A DNA stretch of 49,339 nt, filler included, from Dimargaris cristalligena (lineage: Eukaryota): the NCBI GenBank assembly GCA_003614675.1. It is 2 parts of 2 records of this genome, joined end to end, with 100 filler letters (N's around TTAATTAATTAA, not from the genome) between each part and the next. Parts side by side here need not be neighbours in the genome. Positions count along the whole stretch, not along the records: positions 1 to 24,636 come from ML002582.1; 1 more part is not named here. One strand, 5' to 3'. A program made the position numbers and the translations under genes. Shown piece after piece: positions 1-11,400 of this stretch. The stretch's first letter is position 1, and every line of letters starts with the position of its first letter. Under the pieces are notes generated by a model that did no database searches, was not told the DNA's origin, and saw nothing but the letters and a program-made list of their open reading frames with translations.

Positions 1-1245
1 TCATCTATTTTTTCAAATAAAGTTCAGTTTTCAAGGATTTGATTTCAGTTCTTTACATTAGGTAACCCTTTATCTCAACTAATGAGAATATACTCCAGAA
101 GTCCCCATATTTAAATAAAGGCCTGATTATTATTAGACCTTTTAATCTGACTTAATCTAAACACAATACTGTCCATTTCTATTAGGCCTTATAATACCTT
201 ATCAACCTTCCCATAATCACCCCTGGTACTATAGGATCACCCTATATTATATAGCTATTACCCTTCCAGACTCCTTATTCTACACTAATCACTCCAGTAC
301 TGATCCAAAGATTCCTCTGGTTACCAGTAGAGTCTTCTAGGTCCTCATGGCCATCTGGTTAGCTTATTTATCTTACCTTAGTCTTAGGAGTTACTTCCTT
401 TGAGGACCTCCCTTTAGAGTCACCCCTATATATATATAACTAGGTCCCACTGGGACTGGTTTGATTCCTTAGCTTATTCTTTACCCCTAGTTTATCCTAA
501 TAAACTATATATATACTCACTACATGTCCCTTACTTATACCTACATCTAGTAGCCGTTATTAGTTAGTACTATATCCCTAACCTAATACTAAGGCCCAAT
601 TGGCTGAGCCTAAGCCCTGTCTACTGATAAAAGCCTATCCTTAGGACTCTTAATAGACTAAGAGTGGTTAACCCAGGTAACAATTATAAATTAATATCTG
701 AATTTAGCCCTACTTAATATATCCATTACTTATCCCCACTTAGTACCTTATTATAAAAGTAATAAGAATAAGCTAAGGAATTTAACTAATCCCAATAGGG
801 CCCAGTTATATATATATAGGGACAAATCCAAAGGGAGGTCCTGGTGGGAAGATTTTACTAAGGCTATAGGATAGATAAATAGGCTAACTAAATGGTGGCT
901 AATGTTTAGAAGAATTAGCTGGTAATTAGAAGAATCTAAGGGGTTAGTACTGGAGTGATTAGTATAAATAGGTAGAGACTGGGTAGGGGAAAGGTTATAT
1001 AATAGTATATAATGATCCCATGGTACTAGGTATAGGTATAGGAAAGCTAATATAGAGTAGTAAGGCCTAATATAGTTGGATATTGAAGCCAGCCATATTA
1101 AGATGAATTAGATGGTCCAATAAAATAATGATAGGAAAAAAAAACACTGCAGAGAGAGATATGCAGTAGTCCCTTGGGGAAAAATGTAGTTCAATCTTAT
1201 GGATATTGTTCCCTAAACTGTACTTCAGTTGAATAGCAATACTTT
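1..1245. repeat. Degenerate inverted duplication (arms ~1-481 and ~764-1245, spacer ~280 bp); probable decayed repeat/TE relic
   Basis: Reverse-complement matches read by eye: ATTAGGCCTTA (181-191) vs TAAGGCCTAAT (1061-1071); CTAATCACTCCAGTAC (~285-300) vs GTACTGGAGTGATTAG (947-962); TTCCTTAGCTTATTCTT (~465-481) vs AAGAATAAGCTAAGGAA (764-780); weaker match 12-30 vs 1215-1233. Coordinate sums stay ~1245-1252. Only one CpG (555) in the first 1381 nt. No intact ORF; TE family not identifiable. Confidence 0.75.
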
Positions 1246-1952
1246 AAAACTGTTCATTACAGTAGTTGACTACTATTATTACACTAAAATTCCACATGTA
1301 TGGGCCTCTATGGGATGTAGTACTAGGAGTTCTCTTAACTAATATCCACTTACTTAATGGTTATATTGGATAGCAAATGTACGTAAGATAATGAATAGTA
1401 CTAGGTATATACTTACGATTAAAGGGGTATAGATATACAGGTCTATTAGATAAATAAGAGTCTGGTATAGGCTAAGGAACTAACATGCCTATATCCTAGG
1501 TAATGTATTTATATACTTAGTCAATACTGTGAGGTCACCTAAGAAGGGTTTACTATAGGGGCCGGTCCAAGTCAATTGATATCTAGAAGACTGTGATAGA
1601 AATGGAGGGGTCTGGTAGTAGTAGCTAGGAGGTAAACTAGAAAATCCCCACGATAGTGGGTGTTGCCATAAGGTGGTGAAATGGCACAATAAGGCCTTAA
1701 TTGGGTAAGGTGCACGAAATAGGCCAAACTGGGTTAAGTTAGACTAGCTGGCGCAACAGAACTAAAAGAATATAAAAGAGATATGTAACTATATATGGCG
1801 GGGGAAAGTAAATAAGCCAGCCCTGGTATTTGCTGTCGATTTATAAAGGCAATATGGGTTCCAGTAGGTTAAATGCGGTATTTATTAAAATAACACCCTC
1901 TACCTGTCAGCCGGGTAGCCATCCCGCCCGCATGTTTGTCCTTTAGACGTAA

Positions 1953-2597
1953 TTAGAATGTTCGCATGAACACCTGGGTCCAGTAATTACCGACCCGGGC
2001 CACGGCCGTGTGGGTATAGGCAGGGTTACGAATATTACGTTCATGGCCGGGGGAACGAAGCCAGGCATCCATGACGGCTGCCTCATCGGGGTAGTTAACG
2101 GCCACGTTTTCGCCAATGGTCTGCCAGTTGATACCCATGCGGGTCATTCGTGTGCCCAAGTCGCCGGCGGGATCGTAGTGGGTCATAGTGTTGGAATTGT
2201 ACTGGTAGACGCTGTGATCGTTGGCCAACCGTTCCAGCTGCCAGTTGTACTGGACAGGCGGGGAACCCACGCGGGCGCGGTAGTTGTTAACCAGGTTGAG
2301 CACCCAGCCCTGGTTGGCGGAGTTAAAGCACTGGGCTAGGTGGTTCGATGCGGCCTCCAGTTGGAGAGCAGCGGCATCAAGCGTATGGGGTTGGGGGGCT
2401 ACTTCGGTGAAGCCATCTCCCACTTTGGGTGGACCGGCGAGCAGTTTGGGCGTGCCCTTAACGGAGGGGCACATTAGGCCAGCGTGGTTGGTAGTGGGCA
2501 TGTCCGTGGCAGACTGGACAGCCGGGGCAGTATCAGTGGGGAGGGCCGAGGCGCTGGCGCCGAGCAGAATACAGCAGATGGTAATGAAGTTCTTCAT
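1953..2597 (-). CDS. Secreted CAP/SCP (PR-1/Tpx-1/Ag5) domain protein, YkwD-like subtype, 214 aa, intronless
   Basis: Hydrophobic signal peptide MKNFITICCILLGASASA. CAP motifs LNLVNNYRA, LERLANDHS, GENVA, WLRSPGHERNI, YWTQVF. TATA-like run at ~2742-2751 upstream. Confidence 0.9.
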   Translation of the reverse strand: MKNFITICCILLGASASALPTDTAPAVQSATDMPTTNHAGLMCPSVKGTPKLLAGPPKVGDGFTEVAPQPHTLDAAALQLEAASNHLAQCFNSANQGWVLNLVNNYRARVGSPPVQYNWQLERLANDHSVYQYNSNTMTHYDPAGDLGTRMTRMGINWQTIGENVAVNYPDEAAVMDAWLRSPGHERNIRNPAYTHTAVARVGNYWTQVFMRTF

Positions 2598-4537
2598 AGT
2601 GGATGGTGGTGGAGGTTGGAGGGGTAATAGTTGACTTATCAGCGGTCTTGATAAAGTGGTTTAGTGGGGTTGAATGATGAATTTGAATTGCAATGTCAAA
2701 TAGCTCATTTGAGTTGGTTGGAGGAAGGATGGTGAGCTGCCTATATATATACGACCCTATCGACTAGGTTCACTTTAATTCACTGGGGCTCTCTTTTCAA
2801 TTGCCAAATTATCACGGACTCTGAAAGATATTCGAGTAGAATATTGAATAATAGTCGCGTATATAGAGCGGTTAGATCTAGACGACATTAACAGTCATTG
2901 GTTATAGTAACCGTTTAGTAGGGTTAAACATATTTTCAGATGAGGTTGCGATATGAGATCACATAAGGTTAATACTAAACCAATTTCACAAGAAGAAAAG
3001 TGGCTGTATGCCCCTGGATATGGACCCTTCTAAGCGCCAATCCAACCCAGCTACTGTTTGGTGTTCGATATACTACATGAACTGGTAGGAAAGTGGAGCC
3101 GTTTACAAATCTTTAGAGCGGTGCCCTCGCATTTCAAACTAGTCAACCTTATTATTCTAGCATCGACAGCAATTAAAAATTTAATATCGAAAAGATATAG
3201 CTGCTGATTTGGTCTGAATCACGACATTGGATTTCACCGTATATATTGGTATATAAATTCATTTATTGGCAGCTTCGTTACTATTTCGCATGAGTCAGCT
3301 ATTCCCGATGCAGCTAGTTCGACCAGCATATTACTGCCCAAACCGGTTAACTGCTCTTTACCGCAGGGGAAGGGTCTGTCGAAACTAACCCCATACGGAC
3401 CGAAAATAGAGCAAATATAATTGCCATGACTAAAGCCCAAAAGGTCCCCTTGCACCGACGTAATTATGGCGCGGAACCCTGAAGACCACTTTCCATTTGG
3501 GGGTCGCTCAGTAAACTGCGTTTGACGATGATGGTCTGTCGTTTTCATGACTTCAATTCGCATTTTTGTTTGTCGAAAAAAAATATAGCATGCGTGTGCC
3601 ACTTTACCATTACCAAATATGGGTTATAGATTAACATTTGTTGACATATATGGTATTCCGTGACCGTTGGCCAGCTGACCCGACGCCTTGCATATGCCCA
3701 ATATGCAGTTCGTCTACCTGTATTAACCCAGGCCAACATGCGAAATAGAGCAGTCGACCCGAAATTGCTACCCCAAGTGGGTCAAACCGAGCCAGTTTAC
3801 GGAAACCGCACTTGTGCGGTTGATTTCGGGTTAATAGGGAATGGCAATGGTAGGCTGTGGATATCCAGCATATAAAATACAGTATATGCTTTCAAGCAAA
3901 TGTGGCATTCACCAATATCCATCACTCTTAGCTCGCACTCAACGTAATTTTATGGCCTGGCTCACTAAAGAATAAATTGAAATCGATAAGGAGTATTTTA
4001 TGAGAGATAGTGGCAAACATAGGAGTGGCAAAAGAAGGAGTGGGAATATCCAACAAAGTCCCTGTAGGAATACAGAAATAAAAGATAAAGAATGTACCAA
4101 TTGTCGACGGCGGCCGGATAGAGCGCCGGGGAGAGTATAAAAGAGGGATGGGGGATGAGCGGGATAACTAGTCTAATACCTGCAGAGTGCCCCAGACAGC
4201 ATATTCGCAATTCAAGAGCAAAGGTGGCCGGGGTGGCAATACTTTTACAAACCTGGTTTATTATAAAAGTAATGTAGAAAAAAAGTACTTGGACTGTACA
4301 TTTGGTGATACATAGGCGGAGGTAGTACTCCCCCCTCAAAATAATACTGGTGCAATATCAGTAAAATATATAAACGGGTGTAGAAATAAGTCTCTAACTA
4401 AAAAGGAATGGGATATCTGGATACACAAGGCAAGTCACCGGATGGCCAAGTCATTAAGTCTAGGGGGAACAAGTCACATTTAACCACTCCGCCCTGCCCC
4501 CTCTTCCCCAGGCTAACCCGATGAATAATGGAATGGC

Positions 4538-5977
4538 TCACAGGTCGGTAGAGTCTTCCGCAATATCGGGCTGAATACGCCGACGAACACTACTCCAGAG
4601 TCCGGCCAGGATACCCCGGAACTCAATGGAGTCCCAGGCGTCCAGAGCGGAGGAGTCATATTCAGCGACGGAGTCCAGGGTGACCGGGTTGGTCCACGTG
4701 CCCACCGCCGCCATACCGGCAAACGCACTGGAAAACACGTCTTCCGAAGACGGGGGGTCCATATTACCGGTACCTACGGGATGGCCGGAGCCGGCGGGAT
4801 GCAAGGCGAGGGGGACCGTCGAGCGGGCGGCTCGGGCTAGAGGAGAAATGTCGGTATTTACCGATGGTTTACGGCGGTAACGACGGTCCCGCCGACGTGG
4901 GGGATCCCCTCCGCCCATTCCCAGCCGGGGTACTTCTAGCTGGGCTATTCCACCCCCACCAGTACTTCCTCCGGCCAACGAGGCCTTGCGACTATGGGGC
5001 CGTTTAGGTGCAGGGCCATCGACACCCCGGGACGACGCCGTTGGGGCTAAAGGGGGTAAGTCCAAACCCGGGGCCCGGGCCGTGAACCACGTCGAGTGGG
5101 TCCGGGGTAGGCGGGGGTACAGGTCATTCTGGGTTAAAGTAGCCTGCCGGTTCTCGATAAGGTAGCGGCTCAAAAGGTTAAAGGCCAGTTCCGGGTCGCG
5201 CGGGAACCCCGAGGAAGACAAGCCCCACCGGGCCGCGGACGAACCCGACAGGGCCCGAGGAGGTGGAGGGATCCCTTCGGAGCCGTTGGCTTCGAGTTCA
5301 ACAAGGTCAAGTTCGAGGTTGGGTTCGGCAGTAACTAGGTCGGGGCGTCGCGGAGAGGAAAAGAACGCATCCAAGGCCGCTTCACTCTGACTGCGCGTTA
5401 GGTTAGCCACTGCCAGGGGCGCCGGTAACCGTAAACCAACGACCCCCACCCCTTCAACCCGACCCAGGTTATCCCCCGCCCCCCCTAGCGAGTGGCCACG
5501 CTCCAATAGACTGGCGAGCACACTCGGACGACGCCGCTGGGTGGGCGGGGGCAAAAGGGCGGACTCGCTTAGGCCAAAGGGTTCCTCCAGGTATTGGCTG
5601 AGTCCCGTAGAGGTCGGGGAGAGCAAGTCCCCGCAAGTGACGGGGGAAAGGCCCGGCGGAGAAACTAGCGAGGCCGAGCGGGAACGGACTTGTCCTTCTT
5701 GGGTTCGGCTGGGCGAAAGGAGGTCGGCGGTGGTAGCGATAGATAGGGTCAGCACGTCAATGGTCGAAGATGGCCTCGGTACAGTGGAGAGGCGGAGGCT
5801 TTGTTGGTGTTGGTTGTTGTTACTAGCCTCGGCGGGGGAACGAATTTGGAGCCATTCGTATTCACTGGACGTTTCGGTCAGTGAGGCCCAGGAGCGGGTT
5901 TCTAGTGTGAGGTCGGATAGGCGGGAGCGGAGTTCAGGGACTCTGGGACTGCCATGTTCTTCGACAAATCCAGGCAT
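4538..5977 (-). CDS. Hypothetical Ser/Pro/Arg/Gly-rich, probably disordered protein (479 aa from ATG 5977)
   Basis: 1.44-kb open frame in GC-rich sequence with AT-rich flanks. The track start at 6040 is TTG; the first ATG is at 5977 (MPGFVEEHG). No recognisable domain. Confidence 0.7.
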   Translation of the reverse strand: MPGFVEEHGSPRVPELRSRLSDLTLETRSWASLTETSSEYEWLQIRSPAEASNNNQHQQSLRLSTVPRPSSTIDVLTLSIATTADLLSPSRTQEGQVRSRSASLVSPPGLSPVTCGDLLSPTSTGLSQYLEEPFGLSESALLPPPTQRRRPSVLASLLERGHSLGGAGDNLGRVEGVGVVGLRLPAPLAVANLTRSQSEAALDAFFSSPRRPDLVTAEPNLELDLVELEANGSEGIPPPPRALSGSSAARWGLSSSGFPRDPELAFNLLSRYLIENRQATLTQNDLYPRLPRTHSTWFTARAPGLDLPPLAPTASSRGVDGPAPKRPHSRKASLAGGSTGGGGIAQLEVPRLGMGGGDPPRRRDRRYRRKPSVNTDISPLARAARSTVPLALHPAGSGHPVGTGNMDPPSSEDVFSSAFAGMAAVGTWTNPVTLDSVAEYDSSALDAWDSIEFRGILAGLWSSVRRRIQPDIAEDSTDL

Positions 5978-8456
5978 TGCACAATGTCGAAAAGTAGCAG
6001 GGAGTGGAATACAGCACAGGAATATATATATATAAGGCAACTGAGGTTGGAGCTGAACCGGAGTTTAATATAAATAAGTGTCGAAGTTGGGCAAGGAATA
6101 GAAGTAGGAAAGAGCACTGTGTTCGCGAGTGACAGCTGGGCAAAGTGGTTAAAGAAGGAATATATAAAAGACAAACTAGGTCAAGTTCAACCGCGAGACT
6201 ATAGTTTGAGGGTATTACATATACATAAATCATCTGCCTATTGAAAGGTGACTTGGTAGTAAACGTATATATAAATGCAGTTGAGCTATGAAAGGCGGGC
6301 GAGAGAGCGACAATCCGACGTCAAGCGGCAGGAAGGTGGGTAATAAATCGGAAAATAAGGCAGGCGGTAATGGGAAGGGCGGCGTCCGCTATTTACGGAT
6401 GGGCCCGCTTTGGTATTATAGTATCGATACACATCTCTGTCCTCCCCGGCTCGTTCCGAACTATTCCGAGCGGGAGCCGCCCGATTGTCCATCGACCAGT
6501 AGCACTTTTACACCCCTTCTGCTAGGTAGCGACGGTAGTATCTTGTAAGGGCTTTTTTAAAAAATTTAAAAAATAGTCGTTGAATTGCCGCCCCCTTCGT
6601 TTGGTATTTTTGCATTACTTATGGGGGGTGCGGAGATATAGTTAGTTTGAAAGAACATGCCCTTAACTAGTGATACGCCCACCATGTGTTTGAATTCCTT
6701 GATGAGGGAATGGCGCCACTTTGAAGCTCCATGGTGCTATACTATGAATACCCCTCCCTCTCCATACCAAGCGCATTAAACATGAACATATCAGTGGAGA
6801 CTTCAAGTCGGGGGAGGAGGCGAAAGTAGCTCTGTGGTATAGATTATTAGAGCAGTTTCCAGCTTTAACCCCCCACCCAGTATAGCTCGAGATACATACC
6901 GGCTGCAATCAACGAAACCACCCGGGACCTCTGATTGCCAGGCACGAGACCCACATTGACTGGCTCACCAGACAGGGTATGATCCCGTCAGCTGAGCCAC
7001 CAATGGCCTGTTGTGGCAATTCGAACCCTATCTACGCGATCCATATGAATAAATAATAATAATAATAATAATAGTGATAAAGGCCAAACTAGGGCAATGT
7101 ATCTAGGGCGCGCACCACAGTGAGCTTAAAATACTATTCAGGGCGTATCTGTAAGGGCTATAGTGGGCGGGTGGGGGGAGGTGCCATAATCAATACAAAC
7201 CAACTAGGCCAAATCGTCTAATCGACTAACCTATTATTAGTTCCACTGGTCCCTGATTCCCTCCCAAATTTAGAACCCGTGTTTTTCCCAGCATTATGGG
7301 CCGCATCTAAGACGGGCAAAGAGGTCGCCTTAAACGGACAACGAGTAAGTAAATGTAAGTAGAATGTGCCGCCGAGGTGGTTGTTATCTAAGCATCACTG
7401 CGCATCTATATCACCTGGCTACATTCCGTAGAACGGGGTGGGGCTATTGATTTGGCCCGGGTAGGCTCTCTTGGTCAGGGCAACAGGCCCCATAAAAAAT
7501 ATTATACCAGTCGGATTGAAAGGTTTGGATAGTGTCGTATTGGCAGATTTTCCAATAACACCCCATTGAACATACCTCATAAAAGAACAAATGACCTACA
7601 TTAATAATTGTTGCTATCTAGTAACAGGATACACCCAAGTTTGTGCTTAGTCTACATTATCTAATAAGTGGTCGTGAGAAAGCACCCTAAATTCAATCGA
7701 GCTCAATATGGGAAATGTTCAACTGAGCTGTATACCGAAAAATCCGTTGGATGAAGCAAATATTACTGGTTAAAAATAAATATCCCATATATTATCTCAT
7801 ACACTAATCATTTAAAACCATATACAGCTGGGCCGAATTTCACCCATATTAAGTCGGTGTTTAATATACCTTTATATGTAATTGGCGGATCACTTGTCGG
7901 CAAGGGTATAAAGGCACTGAGCCAGTATAAAAATGAGGCAGAAAAATGAGTAATGAGGTAAAAAGAAGAGGGGAAGTGCTAAAGCAAACACCATAATATA
8001 GGACGGTATTGGGAGGATGATCATAGTGGTGCAGAGGATAACAAAAAACGATGCTACAAAAGCACGAAACGTGGGTGGTATGATAGGCCTATATAGAGCC
8101 TTTCTCACCAAGAACCTAAAATAAAAGGGATTGAGTAGAATCTAGGCCACCTGGCAATACCGAATAGCCGGCCAAAGTAAACATAATAATAGAACAAGTG
8201 GTATGTAGGTGGATCATTGATTTCCCTCCTCCCGAAAAAAATGAAGAAAAAATGTTAATACATGAGTGTATAAATGCTATAAAGTATGTCTAAAGGATGA
8301 ACGGGCACATTGCAACTAGCAGGACGAGGCAGCATGCTCACTCCCCGGCCTACACCTACCATGTCATTACCAAACCGGCTGTGGCCCAGAGTAAGTAACA
8401 ATGAATAATAATAAGGGTACCCCTATGGTATTAATAAGGCCGGGCGGAATCGCATG

Positions 8457-11400
8457 TTATACGTTATGTAATTTGTGCTTCAGGCTATCGATTTCCGCCT
8501 TATACAGGGTAATTTCCGCCTCCAGCGCCACGATTTTCTGGCGGTATTGGGCCACATTATTCTGGTGCAATTTCTTTTCATTGGCCAGCTGCTGTTTAAG
8601 ATCCTTGACCCGCGCTTCGCTGACCGCATTCACCTGGATAGGTGGACTGGACTGGTAGAAATGGTACAGACTGCGGGGCCGCCCGCTGAGGGTGTGGAGG
8701 AGGGACGACGGGGAACCCGGCCGATTCGCCGGAGTGATGGAACGAGGGCCTCCCCCCAACTCCCCCCACTCTTCCTGGCCACTATCGACCCGGGTATCCT
8801 CGCCCTCGGGCCCGTCACCGGTGGGGCCCGGCGTAGAATTTGTACGCCCCCCCGCACCCGCGCCCAGGGCCGGGGGATCCAACGATTCGGGGGACTGGGC
8901 CTTGACCAGAGGGAAGAAGGACGTAGTGGCGGCTCGGGTGAGTGACGGTGGCCAGGGGTGTCGGCCGCCCGAATGGGCCGATGTGGGGGATACCAAAGTA
9001 GCCGACGCGGTGATGGGACTCGTCGATCCCGTAGGAGTGGGGATACGGATGCTGACGGGGGCAACCAACGGGGACGACGGCAAGGGAAGGTTGTCCTCCA
9101 TTGAACCAATCCCACCACCACCACCACCGTAGGAAGCGATACTACGGGCCCGGCGGCGGGAGGGGAATAAAGGGGGTGATCCGTAGGGTGGTCGGGAAGA
9201 GTTCATAATGGAAGCCGCTGCAGATAATACGGGCGAGGTAGTCGGGGGTATGACCATGTTCATGTTCATGGCCGGAAGTGGCGGTTGGCAATTCGTCAGT
9301 TCAGCCCGGAGCTGCGCGATGGTGTGGTTCTGCATTTGGATGGTCTGGGCGATGCCCTCGTACTGGGGATGCTGGGTGATATCATTATCGGGCTCCTGGG
9401 AGGGGGAGGGGTCCGGGGTGGGAGTCTGGGCCGATGGGGGGATAAGCGTGGATAACTGGTTGCGCAACCGGGCGATTTCGTCGTCTTGATTGGCGATTTT
9501 CTAAATGAATCGGGATAAGACGGCGGTCCAGAAAAGGTAATACAATAAATAAAAATCATGCACCGTACCAGGCATATAGATCTCAGCTTAGTTAATAATA
9601 TGTTCATCACTCCCATCCCATGACAAATAGCATAGCACGCACTTCTTCAAGAATTTAAAGAATATATATTGATTATGTAGGTATTAATCACTCACCTGGT
9701 GAAGTTCCTGGTTGGCGTTCTCCCCCGCCTCACCCGATGAACTCATCGCCGCTGGTGCCGACGGCAGGACGATGGGAGCCTTTGGCGAATAACTGATGAT
9801 TGCCTTGGAAGCCACGGAGGACGACGTCAAAATCAGTTTCGTCAAGTGATCGATGCGTTCCTTCAGGGCCGTCCGGGACATTTGCATTTCCATAATTTCC
9901 TCTTCGTATTTCTGTTTCTCCTGGCGCAGGATCGATACTTCGTGGTCCCGGCTAATCGTGTCGTTCACCTGCGAGAGTTTATTCTTCAAGTCCAGAATCT
10001 CCAACCGGTATTTCTGGAGGAGCGCCTTGTCATCCACGATTTGGTGCGTTTCGGCCCGGATAGTGACCCGTTTCACCCGCGAGGCGAACTTGAGGGTATT
10101 CATCGTTTCCTCGTAGTTGAGGGCGGCCGGACTGGCCGTACAAATCACGGAAACCCGGGCGTGCCCCGACAGGGACGACTGCAGGATACGGGTCAGTTTG
10201 GAATCGCGGAACGGAATGTGGGCGCTCTTTTCGTCCGTTAATTTGGCGATGACCGTGCCTAACGTTAAGAGACTCTTGTTGATGAAAGCCCCTTCCTTGC
10301 GACGCTCCATGGACCCCGAGGCTTTTTCCGACCCTGCCAGGTCAATGAGGTTGAGCTGTGAGATGCGTACCCCCATTTCCCGAAACGGTTGGCTGTTGCT
10401 GCGGAAACGAACCGGGGTTCCAATCCCCAGACCGCTGTGCTCCCGACTCTCGATGATCTAATAATCAGGATAAAAGAAAACCATTGGAAGAATACCAATG
10501 AGACAGGGTACAGCGTACTCATTTAAAAGGTGTAATTGGAAGAGCTGGACTGGCAATATAAAAGGGCTCGCTATTTCACTTTGAACCGCAATAGTCGTCA
10601 GTAACTAATTAAACGACTTACCAGTTGGAATATCGAGTGGGATCGGCTGCTGTGAGTATTGAAGTCGGTCGCTCCAATGTGGCGATTGGCTAATAGCAAG
10701 AAACATAGTGCATATTGATGAGAATGGGTTAGATGGTGCATAGTAAGTCAGGAATAATCGCTGTCGAATTAATACCCCAAACAGCGCATAGAAACGTACA
10801 CGTATATACAAAATAACGCAGTCGATAAAATATATATGTAAATGACCACTAACGTTGAAAATTATAGCCTACCTTCACCAATCTTTAGGACCCGGATGAC
10901 CTGTTCTGGGGTATTGACAACCTCTTCTTTCAGCGGGCTTACATAGACGCCTCGCTATGGTTGCCGATAGTTAAGATTGAGTGAATCATCAAAATGGAAA
11001 TGGATTAATAACGATATCTTCCATGAATTATCTATAGCCATACGCTATTCCAAAGATCCACTTTGGGGACCACAGGTTGCTGTAAGGGATGGCAAAATCT
11101 GGATCGGAACAACATTGGCTTAACCGTAATATAACCGCCCTGAGCTTACCTTCTTGTCGTCGTGGATACGCAGGTCCGGGGTGGACGGGCTCAGTAAATC
11201 CCGGATGGTCTCGTTGTAAATCTCAATGTAAGATACCCGCAGGAGGTATTCGCGCCGATCGGAGCTTTCCTTGATGTAATCGAACACTTCTTGTATGGTT
11301 TGGGGGATCACGCCGGGTTGGCTGGGTGTACCCGCCATGGTGTAGGTTTTACCCGAGGCGGTTTGACCATAGGCAAATACCGTACCTAGAGCGGGGAAGA

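Noticed and set aside
1489-1689. 66-aa ORF at the edge of the decayed repeat
   Set aside because: No recognisable domain, lies in mutated sequence, and cannot be assigned to a TE protein by eye.
7000-7045. GGTTCGAAT T-loop-like motif on the minus strand (similar GTTCGA hits at ~14227, ~31460, ~32843, ~44480)
   Set aside because: Flanks do not form a T-stem, acceptor stem or cloverleaf; no tRNA supported.
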